A DNA stretch of 64,000 nt from an uncultured Gaiellaceae bacterium (GTDB lineage: Bacteria; Actinomycetota; Thermoleophilia; Gaiellales; Gaiellaceae): positions 20,955 to 84,954 of the forward strand of contig CAVSRW010000017.1 in the NCBI GenBank assembly GCA_963730405.1. The letters run 5' to 3'. Both the position numbers and the translations under genes were made by a program. Positions within the stretch are counted from its first letter, which is position 1, and every line of letters begins with the position of its first letter. The notes beneath the pieces are model-generated. The model was given only the letters and a program-made list of their open reading frames with translations. It was not told where the DNA came from and made no database searches. This document shows, one piece after another, positions 8,720 to 18,300 of this stretch.

Positions 8720-9097
8720 GTGGATCGCCGCCTGATCCAGGGACACTCGCCGATGGAGCCGGTCTTCGGCTTCTCGCGCGCAGTCGTCTCCGGCCGGAAC
8801 GTCCACGTCGCCGGGACGGCGCCGATCCCGCGCGAGGGGGAGCCGCCGGAGGGCGCCTACGAGCAGATGCGGCTCTGCCTCGAGCTCGTCGGCGAGGCGC
8901 TCGGGAAGGCGGGCGCCGGCTTCGAGGACGTGGTCCGGACGCGGATGTTCATCGTCGACCCGGCCGACTGGCAGGAGGTGGCACGCGCGCACGGCGAGGT
9001 CTTCGGCGAGATCCGGCCCGCGGCGACGGCGGTCGTCACGAACCTGCTCGACCCACGCTGGAAGGTCGAGCTCGAGGCGGACGCGGTCCTGCCGTGA
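8720..9097 (+). CDS. RidA/YjgF-family (endoribonuclease L-PSP-like) protein
   Basis: FGFSRAVVSGRNVHVAGT..VRTRMFIV..PAATAVV follows the RidA/YjgH-like pattern. An internal ATG at 8753 is an alternative start. Confidence 0.75.
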   Translation: MDRRLIQGHSPMEPVFGFSRAVVSGRNVHVAGTAPIPREGEPPEGAYEQMRLCLELVGEALGKAGAGFEDVVRTRMFIVDPADWQEVARAHGEVFGEIRPAATAVVTNLLDPRWKVELEADAVLP

Positions 9098-10293
9098 AGC
9101 AGATCTACCCCCACTCGATCACCGGCAAAGGCGCCGTCGCCGGCGGCAGCGTCCTCGACCACACGTTCGGGCAGTCCGATCCGTACACGCTCGGCGTCGA
9201 GGAGGAGTACATGCTCCTCGACGGCGAGACCTACGACCTCGTCCAGCACATCGACACCGTGCTGCAGGCGATCTCGGGCCACGAGCTGGAGCCGCGGATC
9301 AACGCCGAGCTGATGCAGTCGGTGCTCGAGATCGCGACACCGGTCTGCCACACCGCCGGCGACGTGCAGGGCGAGCTGGTGAAGCTGCGGGCGTACGTGA
9401 GCCAGGTCGGCCGTGAGCAGGGGATGCGCGTCGGCTCGGCGGGCACGCACCCGTTCAGCCTCTTCGAGCGGCAGCGGATCACCGCGCGCGACCGCTACCG
9501 GAACCTCGTCGACCAGCTCCAGTACATCGCCCGGCGCGAGCTGATCTTCGGCATGCACGTCCACGTCGCCGTCGACGGCCCGGAGAAGGCGATCCAGGTC
9601 GTGAACGGCCTCCTCCCCCAGCTCGGGCCGCTGCTCGCGCTCTCGGCCTCGTCGCCTTTCTGGCGCGGCGAGCCGACGGGCCTCGCCTCGAGCCGGCAGA
9701 TGGTCTTCGCCGCGTTCCCGCGCTCGGGGCCGCCGCCGCGGTTCCGCGACTACTCCGACTACGCCGAGGTCGTCGGCCAGCTCGAGCGGACCGGCTGCAT
9801 CGCCGACTACACGCACATCTGGTGGGACATCCGGCTGCACCCCCGGCTCGGCACGATCGAGATCCGGATCTGCGACGCCGTCACGCGCGTGGAGGACGCC
9901 GCCGCGCTCGCCGCCTACTGCCAGGCGCTCGTGAAGCTGCTGTCGGAGCAATACGACCGCGGCGAGGAGATCCCGAGCTACCACCGGATCCTGACCACCG
10001 AGAACAAGTGGCTCGCGGCCCGCTACGGGCTCGAGGCGCCGGTGATGGATCTCGCCACCGGGGCCCGCAACCGGATCCCGGTCGCGCAGCTGATCCGAAG
10101 GACGCTGAAGGAGATCCAGCCGCATGCGCGCGAGCTCGGCTCCGACCGGGAGCTCGAGGGGATCGGCGAGATCCTCTCGCGGGGGAACGGTGCCGACCGC
10201 CAGCTGCGCGTCTTCAACGCCAACCGCGACATCGCGGAGGTCGTCGAGGAGATCGCGAAGGCGACCGAAGCCGTCCCGCCGCCTGCGTCCTAG
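9094..10293 (+). CDS. ybdK: carboxylate-amine ligase, glutamate-cysteine ligase family 2 (YbdK-like)
   Basis: YTLGVEEEYMLLD..ELMQSVLEIATPV..GTHPF..ELIFGMHVHV..SASSPFW..WWDIRLHPRLGTIEIRICD. GTGA overlap with the RidA-like gene. Confidence 0.9.
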   Translation: MKQIYPHSITGKGAVAGGSVLDHTFGQSDPYTLGVEEEYMLLDGETYDLVQHIDTVLQAISGHELEPRINAELMQSVLEIATPVCHTAGDVQGELVKLRAYVSQVGREQGMRVGSAGTHPFSLFERQRITARDRYRNLVDQLQYIARRELIFGMHVHVAVDGPEKAIQVVNGLLPQLGPLLALSASSPFWRGEPTGLASSRQMVFAAFPRSGPPPRFRDYSDYAEVVGQLERTGCIADYTHIWWDIRLHPRLGTIEIRICDAVTRVEDAAALAAYCQALVKLLSEQYDRGEEIPSYHRILTTENKWLAARYGLEAPVMDLATGARNRIPVAQLIRRTLKEIQPHARELGSDRELEGIGEILSRGNGADRQLRVFNANRDIAEVVEEIAKATEAVPPPAS

Positions 10294-10384
10294 GCCGCTC
10301 CTGCGCCGACGCGGTCGGTCAGGTTGCGCCCTGACCGTCGACACGGCGCAGCTGTGCGTCGGCTCGCCGAGCTAGATTCGCGGC

Positions 10385-10816
10385 GTGTTCTGGCTCGACA
10401 CCGGCGCGGAGATGGAGCTCGAGGAGCTGCTCGAGGAGGGGCCGGTGCTGCTCGTCTTCTACCTCTTCGACTGGTCGCCGACCTGAAGCCAGGAGCTGCG
10501 CCTCCTGCGTGACAGGCGGCCGGAGTTCGAGCGGGCGGGCGTGCGCGTCTTCGGCGTCTCGCGCGACTCGCACTGGTCGCACCGGGCCTGGAAGGACGTC
10601 CTCGACGTGGACGTGCCGCTGCTCTCCGACTGGAACGGCTCCCTGGCCAAGCGGTTCGGCGCCGCGCGCGTCTGGCGCTGGATGGAGCAGGTGCCGCGGA
10701 GGAGCGCGTACCTGGTCGGCGAGGACGGTACGGTGCTCGGATCGTGGCGGTACGCGGACTCGGACGTGCCCGACTTCGACGAGCCGCTCGCGGCCGCGCG
10801 GGCGTTGCGGGACTAG
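10385..10816 (+). CDS. AhpE/Bcp-like peroxiredoxin with in-frame TGA (10484-10486) at the peroxidatic Cys position; candidate selenoprotein
   Basis: Same frame on both sides of the TGA: VFWLDTGAEMELEELLEEGPVLLVFYLFDWSPT-TGA-SQELRLLRDRRPEFERAGVRVFGVSRDS..PLLSDW. The track lists only 10541..10816. See findings. Confidence 0.65.
10500..10520 (+). other. candidate bacterial SECIS hairpin for the peroxiredoxin UGA
   Basis: GCC(U)CCUG-CGUGA-CAGG(C)GGC has 7 bp with one mismatch. It starts 14 nt after the UGA, and the apical loop contains GU at +22..+26. Confidence 0.4.
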
Positions 10817-12240
10817 CCGCCGCCCTCTATCTCGGGGCCGGCCTCCTCGCCACGTCGCCGGCCGTCTTCGAGACCGACCGCTTCCTCGGCTACGGCGAGC
10901 CACAAGCCGGCCGGGTCACGCCCGGCGACCACCTGCAGACCATCTACGGCCTCTGGCTGCCCGGGCACCAGCTCGCGCGCGCGGCGGCGCCTTGGCTCGA
11001 CCCCTACAGCTTCCAGCCGGAGCTCGAGCCGCGCGTGAACTTCGCCGCCTGGCCGTTCGCGGCGGTCTACGGCCCGCTGCAGGCGCTGCTCGGAACCGTC
11101 GCCGGCTGGAACGTCTTCGTGCTCCTGACCTACGTCGGCGCCGGCGGCTTCGCCGCGCTCTGGCTGCGCGCGCTCGGGCTCGGACTCGGGCCGGCACTCG
11201 TCGGCGGGCTTGCGTTCGCGCTCGCGCCCTACCGGGTCGCCCAGTCGACCGGCCACCTCCTCGGCCCGATCTCGATGCTGCTGCCGCTCGCCCTCTACGG
11301 CGTCGAGCGCCGACTGGTGCTGCTCGCGGCCGCCGCGCTCGCGTCGATCCCGCTCTCGGGCCAGGTCCACCTCGCCCTCGGCGCGATTCCGTTCGTGCTC
11401 GCGTACGCGCTCGCGCGGCGGCGAACGACGCTCGGGCTCGTCGCGGCAGCAACGGGCGCCGCGGCCGGCCTGCTCGTGTGGGCACTCTCGCTGCGCGACA
11501 CGGTCGAGCGGCCGTACGCCGAGGTCGAGCGCTACTCGGCGAGCGTCGGCGACTTCCTCGCCCGCGACCCGGGCGACTTCGAGCAATTTGTCTACCTCGG
11601 CTGGCTCCTCCCGCTCGCCGCCGTGGCCGGCGTCGGGTGCTTGTGTTTCAGAAACACAATCTCCTCCGGGCGCCGGCTCGCGCTCGTGCTCGGGCTCGGC
11701 GCGCTCGTTCCCTGCCTCCTCGCCCTCGGCTCGAATCTGCCCGGATACGGCTTCATCTGGAGGAATACGCCCCTGCACTCGACCCGGGTGCCCGAGCGGA
11801 TGCTCCCGATCGCGTGCCTCTGCCTCGCGGCGCTGGCGGCGGTCGCGGTCGCTTGTGTTTCAGAAACACAAGCCGCCGTCCGCGCCCGCGCGGTCGTCGC
11901 CGCCGCGGTCGTACTGGTCGCAGCCGACCTCTGGGTGCCGCTCTACGACCCGCTCGTCGCGGACGAGGACAACGCCGTCTACGACCGGGTCGCGGAGGCG
12001 CCCCCGGGACGGCTGCTGGAGCTGCCGGTGCTGCCGCCCGACGCCTACGCCGGCAGCGTCTACCTCTACTACTCGATGCAGGCGCCGCGCGAGCGGCCGC
12101 TCGGCTACGCGACCTCGGCGCCGCCGGAGGCGTTCCTGGTCGCGCGGCAGCTGCCGGAGCGGGCGGAGGAACTGGGTGTCAGCGTCGTCGTCGAGTACCG
12201 CGACGGCAGCCCCGAAAGGTTGCGAAGCAGTGAACGATGA
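10744..12240 (+). CDS. polytopic membrane protein of unknown function (possibly glycosyltransferase-C-like)
   Basis: 498-aa ORF with many hydrophobic helices and uniformly GC-rich third positions. The basic N-terminus precedes the first TM helix. It overlaps the peroxiredoxin 3' end by 73 nt. It carries two copies of the AT-rich palindrome in-frame. Confidence 0.7.
   Translation: MAVRGLGRARLRRAARGRAGVAGLAAALYLGAGLLATSPAVFETDRFLGYGEPQAGRVTPGDHLQTIYGLWLPGHQLARAAAPWLDPYSFQPELEPRVNFAAWPFAAVYGPLQALLGTVAGWNVFVLLTYVGAGGFAALWLRALGLGLGPALVGGLAFALAPYRVAQSTGHLLGPISMLLPLALYGVERRLVLLAAAALASIPLSGQVHLALGAIPFVLAYALARRRTTLGLVAAATGAAAGLLVWALSLRDTVERPYAEVERYSASVGDFLARDPGDFEQFVYLGWLLPLAAVAGVGCLCFRNTISSGRRLALVLGLGALVPCLLALGSNLPGYGFIWRNTPLHSTRVPERMLPIACLCLAALAAVAVACVSETQAAVRARAVVAAAVVLVAADLWVPLYDPLVADEDNAVYDRVAEAPPGRLLELPVLPPDAYAGSVYLYYSMQAPRERPLGYATSAPPEAFLVARQLPERAEELGVSVVVEYRDGSPERLRSSER
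11641..11659. repeat. AT-rich perfect palindrome copy R1 (TTGTGTTTC-A-GAAACACAA; flanks gc/tc)
   Basis: Read directly. The 9-1-9 palindrome has 6 G/C of 19 in a very GC-rich background. Translated in-frame as CLCFRNT. Confidence 0.95.
11851..11873. repeat. AT-rich perfect palindrome copy R2 (GCTTGTGTTTC-A-GAAACACAAGC)
   Basis: Read directly. The 23-bp palindrome is perfect. Translated in-frame as ACVSETQA. Its centre is 212 bp from the R1 centre. Confidence 0.95.
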
Positions 12241-12297
12241 GTTCGGGGATGCTCGCACGTCTAACGTGTAGAGCTAGCGACCAAAGGAGCCGCCGCA

Positions 12298-14562
12298 ATG
12301 GCCGAAAGCCCGACCCCGGAACGCCTCGCCGCCCACGAACGTCTCGCAACGGGAGGATTCGCGCGCTGGACGCGCGCCTGTGCGACGCACCCCTGGCGCG
12401 TCGTGCTCGCGTGGGTCGGCATCATCGCCGTCCTGATCGGCCTCGTCGCCACCATCGGCGGCAGCCTCAAGGACGAGTTCGAGATCCCGGGCTCCGACAC
12501 GCAGAAGGCCACCGACCTGATCGAGTCGGAGTTCGCCGAGGAGCAGGGCGGCATCCTGAACCTCGTCTTCGCCGCGCCTCCTGGCGAGCGGCTCGACACG
12601 ACCGAGCGCCGCGAGGCGATCGAGGACGCGGTCGCCCAGCTGGAGACGGACGAGTTCGCGCCGAGCGAGGACGAGGCCGGCATCACCGAGGTCGGTGACC
12701 CCTTCGACGAGAACTCGTTCTCGGACGACGGCCGGATCGCGTACGCCGAAGCCCAGTTCGACCGGGTCATCTTCGACACAGACCGCGAGGCGGTCCTCGC
12801 CGTCCAGGATGCGGTGCGCGAGGCGGTCGAGCCGGTCGGCGTCACGGTCGAGTACAACGGCGACGCCGAGTTCCCGCCGATCGAGCAGGGCACGCAGGAG
12901 CTGCTCGGCCTGCTCGCGGCGCTGATCGTGCTGCTCGTCGTGTTCCGGACGTTCGTGGCGATGTTCATCCCGATCGCGCTCGCGCTCGTCGCCCTGATGA
13001 CCGCGTTCCTGCTCCTCTTCATCCTCGCCGGGCTGACCGAGATCAACACGATCACGCCCCTGCTCGTCTCGATGATCGGGCTCGGGGTCGGAATCGACTA
13101 CTCGCTCTTCATCGTCACGCGCTTCCGACAGGCCCTCCACGAGGGGCTCCCGCCCGTGGACGCCGCGGCCGAGGCCGGCGCGTCCGCCGGCCGCGCGGTG
13201 CTCTTCGCCGGCCTGACGGTCGCGATCTCGGTGACGGGGCTCGCGTTCTTCGGGCTCGACTTCGTGACGAAGCTCGGGATCGGCTCGGCGCTCGGCGTCC
13301 TCACGACGGTCCTGATCGCCAACTCGCTCCTGATCGCGGTGCTCCGCCTGCTCGGGCACAAGGTCGACCGGCTGAAGGTGCCGTTCCTGCGGCCGCTCGA
13401 CGACTCGGAGGCCGCCCGCGACAAGACGCTCGTCGCCCGCTGGGGCCGGTTCGTGACGGCGCACTCGAAGCCCGTCTTCATCGTCGTCCTGCTCGTGATC
13501 CTGGCTCTCGCCTCGACCTCGGCGCTCGTCCGCCTCGGCGCGTCCGACCAGGGCACGCAGCCGGAGGCGCAGACGGCCCGCCGCGCCTACGACCTGCTGG
13601 CCGAGGGCTTCGGTGCCGGCTTCAACGGCCCGATCCCGATCGTCGTCGACGTCAACGGCGACGAGGACGTCCCGCAGCAGATCTACGAGCAGGTGCAGGA
13701 TCTCCCCGGCGTCGCGTCGGCCAGTGAGCCGCAGTTCAACGACGAGGAGTCGGTCGCGATCGTCTTCGTCACGCCGGAGTCGGCGCCGCAGGACGAGGAG
13801 ACGGACGAGCTCGTCGACCGCCTGCGCAACGACGTCGTCCCCGCCGCGACGCAGGGCAGCGAAGCCGTCGCGTACGTGTCCGGGCTCACGGCGGCCTTCA
13901 AGGACATCGGCGAGCGGATCATGGAGCGGCTGCCGCTCTTCCTGCTCTACGTGATCGGGGTGACGTTCATCCTGCTCGCGATGGCGTTCCGCTCGGTCGT
14001 GATCTCGCTGACCGCGGGGATCACGACGATCCTCTCGGCGTTCGCCGGCTTCGGCGTCCTGACCCTGGTGGTGCAGGAGGGCCACCTGCTCGGGTTGACC
14101 GGTCTCGACCGAACGGGGCCGATCGAGACGTTCGTACCACCGATCGCGTTCGCGATCCTGTTCGGCCTCTCGATGGACTACATGGTCTTCCTGATGAGCC
14201 GGATCCGGGAGGAGCACGTCCACGGCCTGAACACGCGCGAGGCCGTCGAGCACGGGATCTCCGCGATCGGCCGGGTCGTCGTCGCCGCGGCGCTGATCAT
14301 GGGGACGGTGTTCGCCGCCTTCATCCTCACGGCCGACCGGATCTCGAAGGAGTTCGGGCTCCTGCTCGCAGTCGCGATCCTGACCGACGCTCTGCTCGTG
14401 CGGATGACGCTGGTGCCGGCGTTCCTGACCATGCTGGGCGAGAAGTCGTGGTACATCCCGCGCTGGCTCGACCGGGCACTCCCGAACATCACGATCGAGG
14501 CGCCGCACGACGGCGAGGCGCCGCGTCCGTCGGTGCAGCCGGTGATCGAGCCGGAGGGCTGA
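12298..14562 (+). CDS. MMPL-family (RND superfamily) membrane transporter
   Basis: 754 aa with two 6-TM bundles separated by soluble domains. The N-terminus WRVVLAWVGIIAVLIG and the IGLGVGIDYSLF / FGLSMDYMVFL motifs are typical of MMPL proteins. AAAGGAG SD lies upstream. Confidence 0.9.
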   Translation: MAESPTPERLAAHERLATGGFARWTRACATHPWRVVLAWVGIIAVLIGLVATIGGSLKDEFEIPGSDTQKATDLIESEFAEEQGGILNLVFAAPPGERLDTTERREAIEDAVAQLETDEFAPSEDEAGITEVGDPFDENSFSDDGRIAYAEAQFDRVIFDTDREAVLAVQDAVREAVEPVGVTVEYNGDAEFPPIEQGTQELLGLLAALIVLLVVFRTFVAMFIPIALALVALMTAFLLLFILAGLTEINTITPLLVSMIGLGVGIDYSLFIVTRFRQALHEGLPPVDAAAEAGASAGRAVLFAGLTVAISVTGLAFFGLDFVTKLGIGSALGVLTTVLIANSLLIAVLRLLGHKVDRLKVPFLRPLDDSEAARDKTLVARWGRFVTAHSKPVFIVVLLVILALASTSALVRLGASDQGTQPEAQTARRAYDLLAEGFGAGFNGPIPIVVDVNGDEDVPQQIYEQVQDLPGVASASEPQFNDEESVAIVFVTPESAPQDEETDELVDRLRNDVVPAATQGSEAVAYVSGLTAAFKDIGERIMERLPLFLLYVIGVTFILLAMAFRSVVISLTAGITTILSAFAGFGVLTLVVQEGHLLGLTGLDRTGPIETFVPPIAFAILFGLSMDYMVFLMSRIREEHVHGLNTREAVEHGISAIGRVVVAAALIMGTVFAAFILTADRISKEFGLLLAVAILTDALLVRMTLVPAFLTMLGEKSWYIPRWLDRALPNITIEAPHDGEAPRPSVQPVIEPEG

Positions 14563-14577
14563 CCGGGAGAGCCCGGC

Positions 14578-15354
14578 CTACATCCCCATCGCGTGGTAGC
14601 CGGCGTCGACGTACAGCGTCGTGCCGGTCACGTTCTTCGCGTCGTCGGAGAGGAGGTAGGCGGACGCCGCGGCGACGTCGTCCGCGCCGATGTGGCGGCG
14701 CAGCGGCGCGCGCTCGACGAACATCGTCTCCATGTCCGTGAAGCCCGCGATCGAGCGGGCGGCAAGTGTCCGGACGGGCCCGGCCGAGACGGCGTTGACG
14801 CGGATCTCGTGCGCGCCGAGGTCCCAGGCGAGGTACTTGACGGACGAGTCGAGGGTCGCTTTCGCGACGCCCATGACGTTGTAGTGCGGGACGGCGCGCT
14901 CCCCGCCGAGGTAGGTCATCGTCACGATCGAGCCCCCGCCGGCGGCCTGCATCAGCGGCTCGGCGGCCCGGGCGGACGCGACGAGCGAGTACGCGCTGAT
15001 GTCGATCGCCATCCAGAAGCGGTCGCGCGGCGTGTCGGTGAAGCGGCCCTCGAGATCCTCGGCCGCCGCGAAGGCGACCGAGTGGACGAGCAGGTCGAGC
15101 TTGCCGTCCCACGCGGTGGCGACCTCGCCGAAGACGCGATCGAGATCCTCGTCGGCGCGGACGTCGCACGGAGTCACCAGCTCCGAGCCGACTGACGAGG
15201 CGAGCTCGCGGACGTTCGACTCGATCCGCTCGCCCTGGAAGGTGAACGCGAGCTCCGCTCCTTCGTCCGCCAGCCGCCGCGCGATCGCCCACGCGATCGA
15301 GCGCTTGTTGGCGACCCCCATGATCAGGGCGCGCTTCCCTGAAAACCGTGCCAC
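14578..15354 (-). CDS. fabI: enoyl-[acyl-carrier-protein] reductase (NADH)
   Basis: GKRALIMGVANKRSIAWAIA N-terminus, with Y..K catalytic context and length typical of FabI/InhA. Confidence 0.9.
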   Translation of the reverse strand: MARFSGKRALIMGVANKRSIAWAIARRLADEGAELAFTFQGERIESNVRELASSVGSELVTPCDVRADEDLDRVFGEVATAWDGKLDLLVHSVAFAAAEDLEGRFTDTPRDRFWMAIDISAYSLVASARAAEPLMQAAGGGSIVTMTYLGGERAVPHYNVMGVAKATLDSSVKYLAWDLGAHEIRVNAVSAGPVRTLAARSIAGFTDMETMFVERAPLRRHIGADDVAAASAYLLSDDAKNVTGTTLYVDAGYHAMGM

Positions 15355-15383
15355 GCTCCGATCCTACGGCTACTCTGCGGACC

Positions 15384-18300
15384 GTGCGCCGCCTCGTTGG
15401 ATCCTTCGCACTCGGCGTGGCGCTCGTCGCCACTGCTGCTGCGTCGGCCGCATTCCAGCCGATCGAACGGCGTCACGGCGAGATCGTGATTCCGCGCGTG
15501 CGCGCCGGCACGATCACGATCCCGGACGCGCACCGCAAGGGTCGCATCACCGTCATCCTCACGCTTTCCCAGCCCCCACTGGCCGCGTACTCGCGCACGC
15601 TTGCCGGGAGCACGGCACGCAGCCGCCTGAACGCCCAGAGCCGCGCTGCGAAGGCGTACGTCGCCGGCCTGCTGCAGGCACAGCAGCGCGCCGCCGTCGC
15701 GCTCAGGCGGGCGATCCCATCCGCGAAGGTCCAGCGCAACTACACCCTGCTCCTGAACGGGTTCGCGGTCGAGCTGCCCGCGACCGAGCTGGCGAAGGCG
15801 GCGAAGCTCTCGTTCGCGCGCAAGCTCTACCCCAGCTACCGCTACACACTGGCGCTCAACCGGAGCCCCGGTCTGATCGGGGCCGGCGCGCTCGCCGCGG
15901 GGGGCGGGAGCAACGGCGAGGGGATGAAGATCGCGGTCGTCGACGACGGCGTCGACCCGGCGAACCCCTTCTTCGACGCGCAGGGCTACAGCTACCCGGC
16001 CGGCTTCCCGAAGGGCGGCACGAAGTGGACGTCGCCGAAGGTGATCGTGGCGCGGTCGTTCGTCGGCGTCGGCGCGGACGCCCGGACGCCGCTCGCCGTC
16101 GACCCGCGGGCCTCGTTCCACGGCACGCACGTCGCCGGAATCGCAGCAGGGAACGCCGGCACGTCGGCGCCCGCCGGCCCCGACCACCCCGCCACCAGCG
16201 GGCTCTCCGGGGTGGCGCCACGCGCCTACATCGGCAACTACCGCGTCTTCAACGTGCCGACTCCGGTCGGCCACGTCGGCAACACGCCCGAGATCGTCGC
16301 CGCCTTCGAGGCGGCGGTGCGCGACGGCATGGACGTGATCAACTTCTCCGGCGGCGGCCCGCAGACGGACCCGCTCAACGACGCGCTCGTCGAGGCGGTC
16401 CGGAACGTCGCCGCGGCCGGTGTCGTCCCGGTGATCTCGGCCGGCAACGACCGCGACGAATACGGCGTCGGCTCGGCCGGCTCGCCGGGCACCGCGCCCG
16501 ACGCGATCTCCGTGGCGGCGCTCTCGGACTCACACGTCTACGCTCCGGCGCTCGCCGTCACCGCGCCGGGCGCGCCGGAGCCGCTGACGAGGATCCCCTT
16601 CATCCGCACCGCCGGCCCGATGACGCCGGCCGCGTGGGGAGCGGCCGACCAGCAGATCGTCGACGTGGGATCGATCGTCGGGACGAACGGCCAGCCGGTC
16701 GCCCGCGATCTCTGCGGCCCGCCCGGCAACCTCGACGGCGGCCCGTCGACACTGCCGGCCCGCTCGCTGAGCGGCGCCATCGCGGTCGTCTCGCGCGGCA
16801 CCTGCACGTTCGCGCTCAAGGCGTCGAAGGTGAAGGCGGCAGGCGCGATCGGGATCGTCGTCGTCGACAACCGCCCCGGCGAGGCGAACGGGATTCCGGC
16901 CCAGCTCGCGGTTCCCGGCGGGATGATCTCAGACCTCGACGGCCAGCAGTTGCGCTCGTACCTCGCCGCTCGCGCCGGCCGCGCGACGGCCCGGATCGGG
17001 CGCGAGCCCCTCGAGCTCGTCACCGGCCGCAGCGGCGTCGTCACGAGCTTCTCGTCCGCCGGCCTCACGGCCTTCGGTCACCTGCTGAAGCCGGACGTCG
17101 GCGCGCCGGGCGGCCAGATCCTCTCCTCGACGATGCCGAACTTCGGCGGCCCCTTCGCCGTCTTCGACGGGACGAGCATGGCCGCGCCGCACGTCGCGGG
17201 CGCCGCCGCGCTCCTGCTCCAGCGCCATCCGAACTGGTCGGCACACCAGGTCAAGTCGGCGCTCGTCTCGACCGCGGCCGCGGCCTGGGCGGACAGCGCC
17301 CGCACGCTCGAGGCCCCGGTGGTCACGTCCGGCTCCGGCCTCGTCGACCTGCCGGCCGCGAACGACCCGAAGCTCTTCAGCGACCCGGTCTCGCTCTCGT
17401 ACTCGGATCTGAACGTGAACCGCGGGGCGGTCTCGAAGTCGCAGCTCCTCGCGCTCTCGGACGCCGGCGACGGCGCGGGCACGTGGACGATCGAGGTCAA
17501 GCCGCAGGCGCAGCCCGCGGGCGTCCAGATCGTCATTCCCGGCGCGGTCACGATCGCCCCCGGCGGCACCGCGCAGCTGGCAGTGACCGCGAGCGCGTCC
17601 GCGAGCGCGGCCGCCGGCGAGGCCTACGGCTTCCTTCTGCTCCGGCGCGGCGCGGTGACGCGGAAGGTCGCCTACGCGATGCTCGTGACGCGGCCCGGCC
17701 TCGAGTCGGCGCCGGTCGTTCCGCTGGCGCAGATCCAGACGGGCGACACCCGCCGCGGCACGTCGCGCGCGGCGGCGTACCGGTACCCGGCGGCCGCCTT
17801 CGGCCCCGCGCCCAACTACGTCGGCGCGCCGGTGAACGAGGACGGCGCCGAGACCCTGTACCGGATCCGAATCGACGAGCCGGCCGTCAACGTCGGCGCC
17901 GCCGTGATCGCGTCTTCGGCGGGCTCGCTCGTCCACCCATGGTTCCTCGGCTCGCCCGACGAGAACGACGTCCAGGGCTATGCCGGGTTGCCCGTCAACG
18001 TCAACAACCTGACGATCGACTACCCGCTCGACATCGGCGCGGCGGGCACGGTCTTCCCGCGCGCGAAGGCGTACTACGTCGCGGTCGACTCCGGGCGCGA
18101 CCCCTTCACCGGCCGCTCGCTCGGCGGCCAGTACGTGCTCCGCGCCTGGATCGACGACGTGCAGCCGCCGCTGCTCGGGCTCCTGACCGAGCGAGTCTCC
18201 GCCGGCCGCCCGACGATCGCCCTCCGCGTGCTCGACCTCGGCGCAGGGGTCGACCCGTACTCGCTCGTGATCGGCTACGGCCGGGTGCTGATCGGCGCCG

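Noticed and set aside
10385-10816. Treating the peroxiredoxin simply as a nonsense-mutated pseudogene
   Set aside because: The stop is a TGA precisely at the catalytic Cys codon. Both flanks retain frame and conserved motifs. A SECIS-like hairpin follows, and a bona fide Sec gene is in the same window. The possibility is retained as a caveat because of the short N-terminus and the upstream in-frame TAG.
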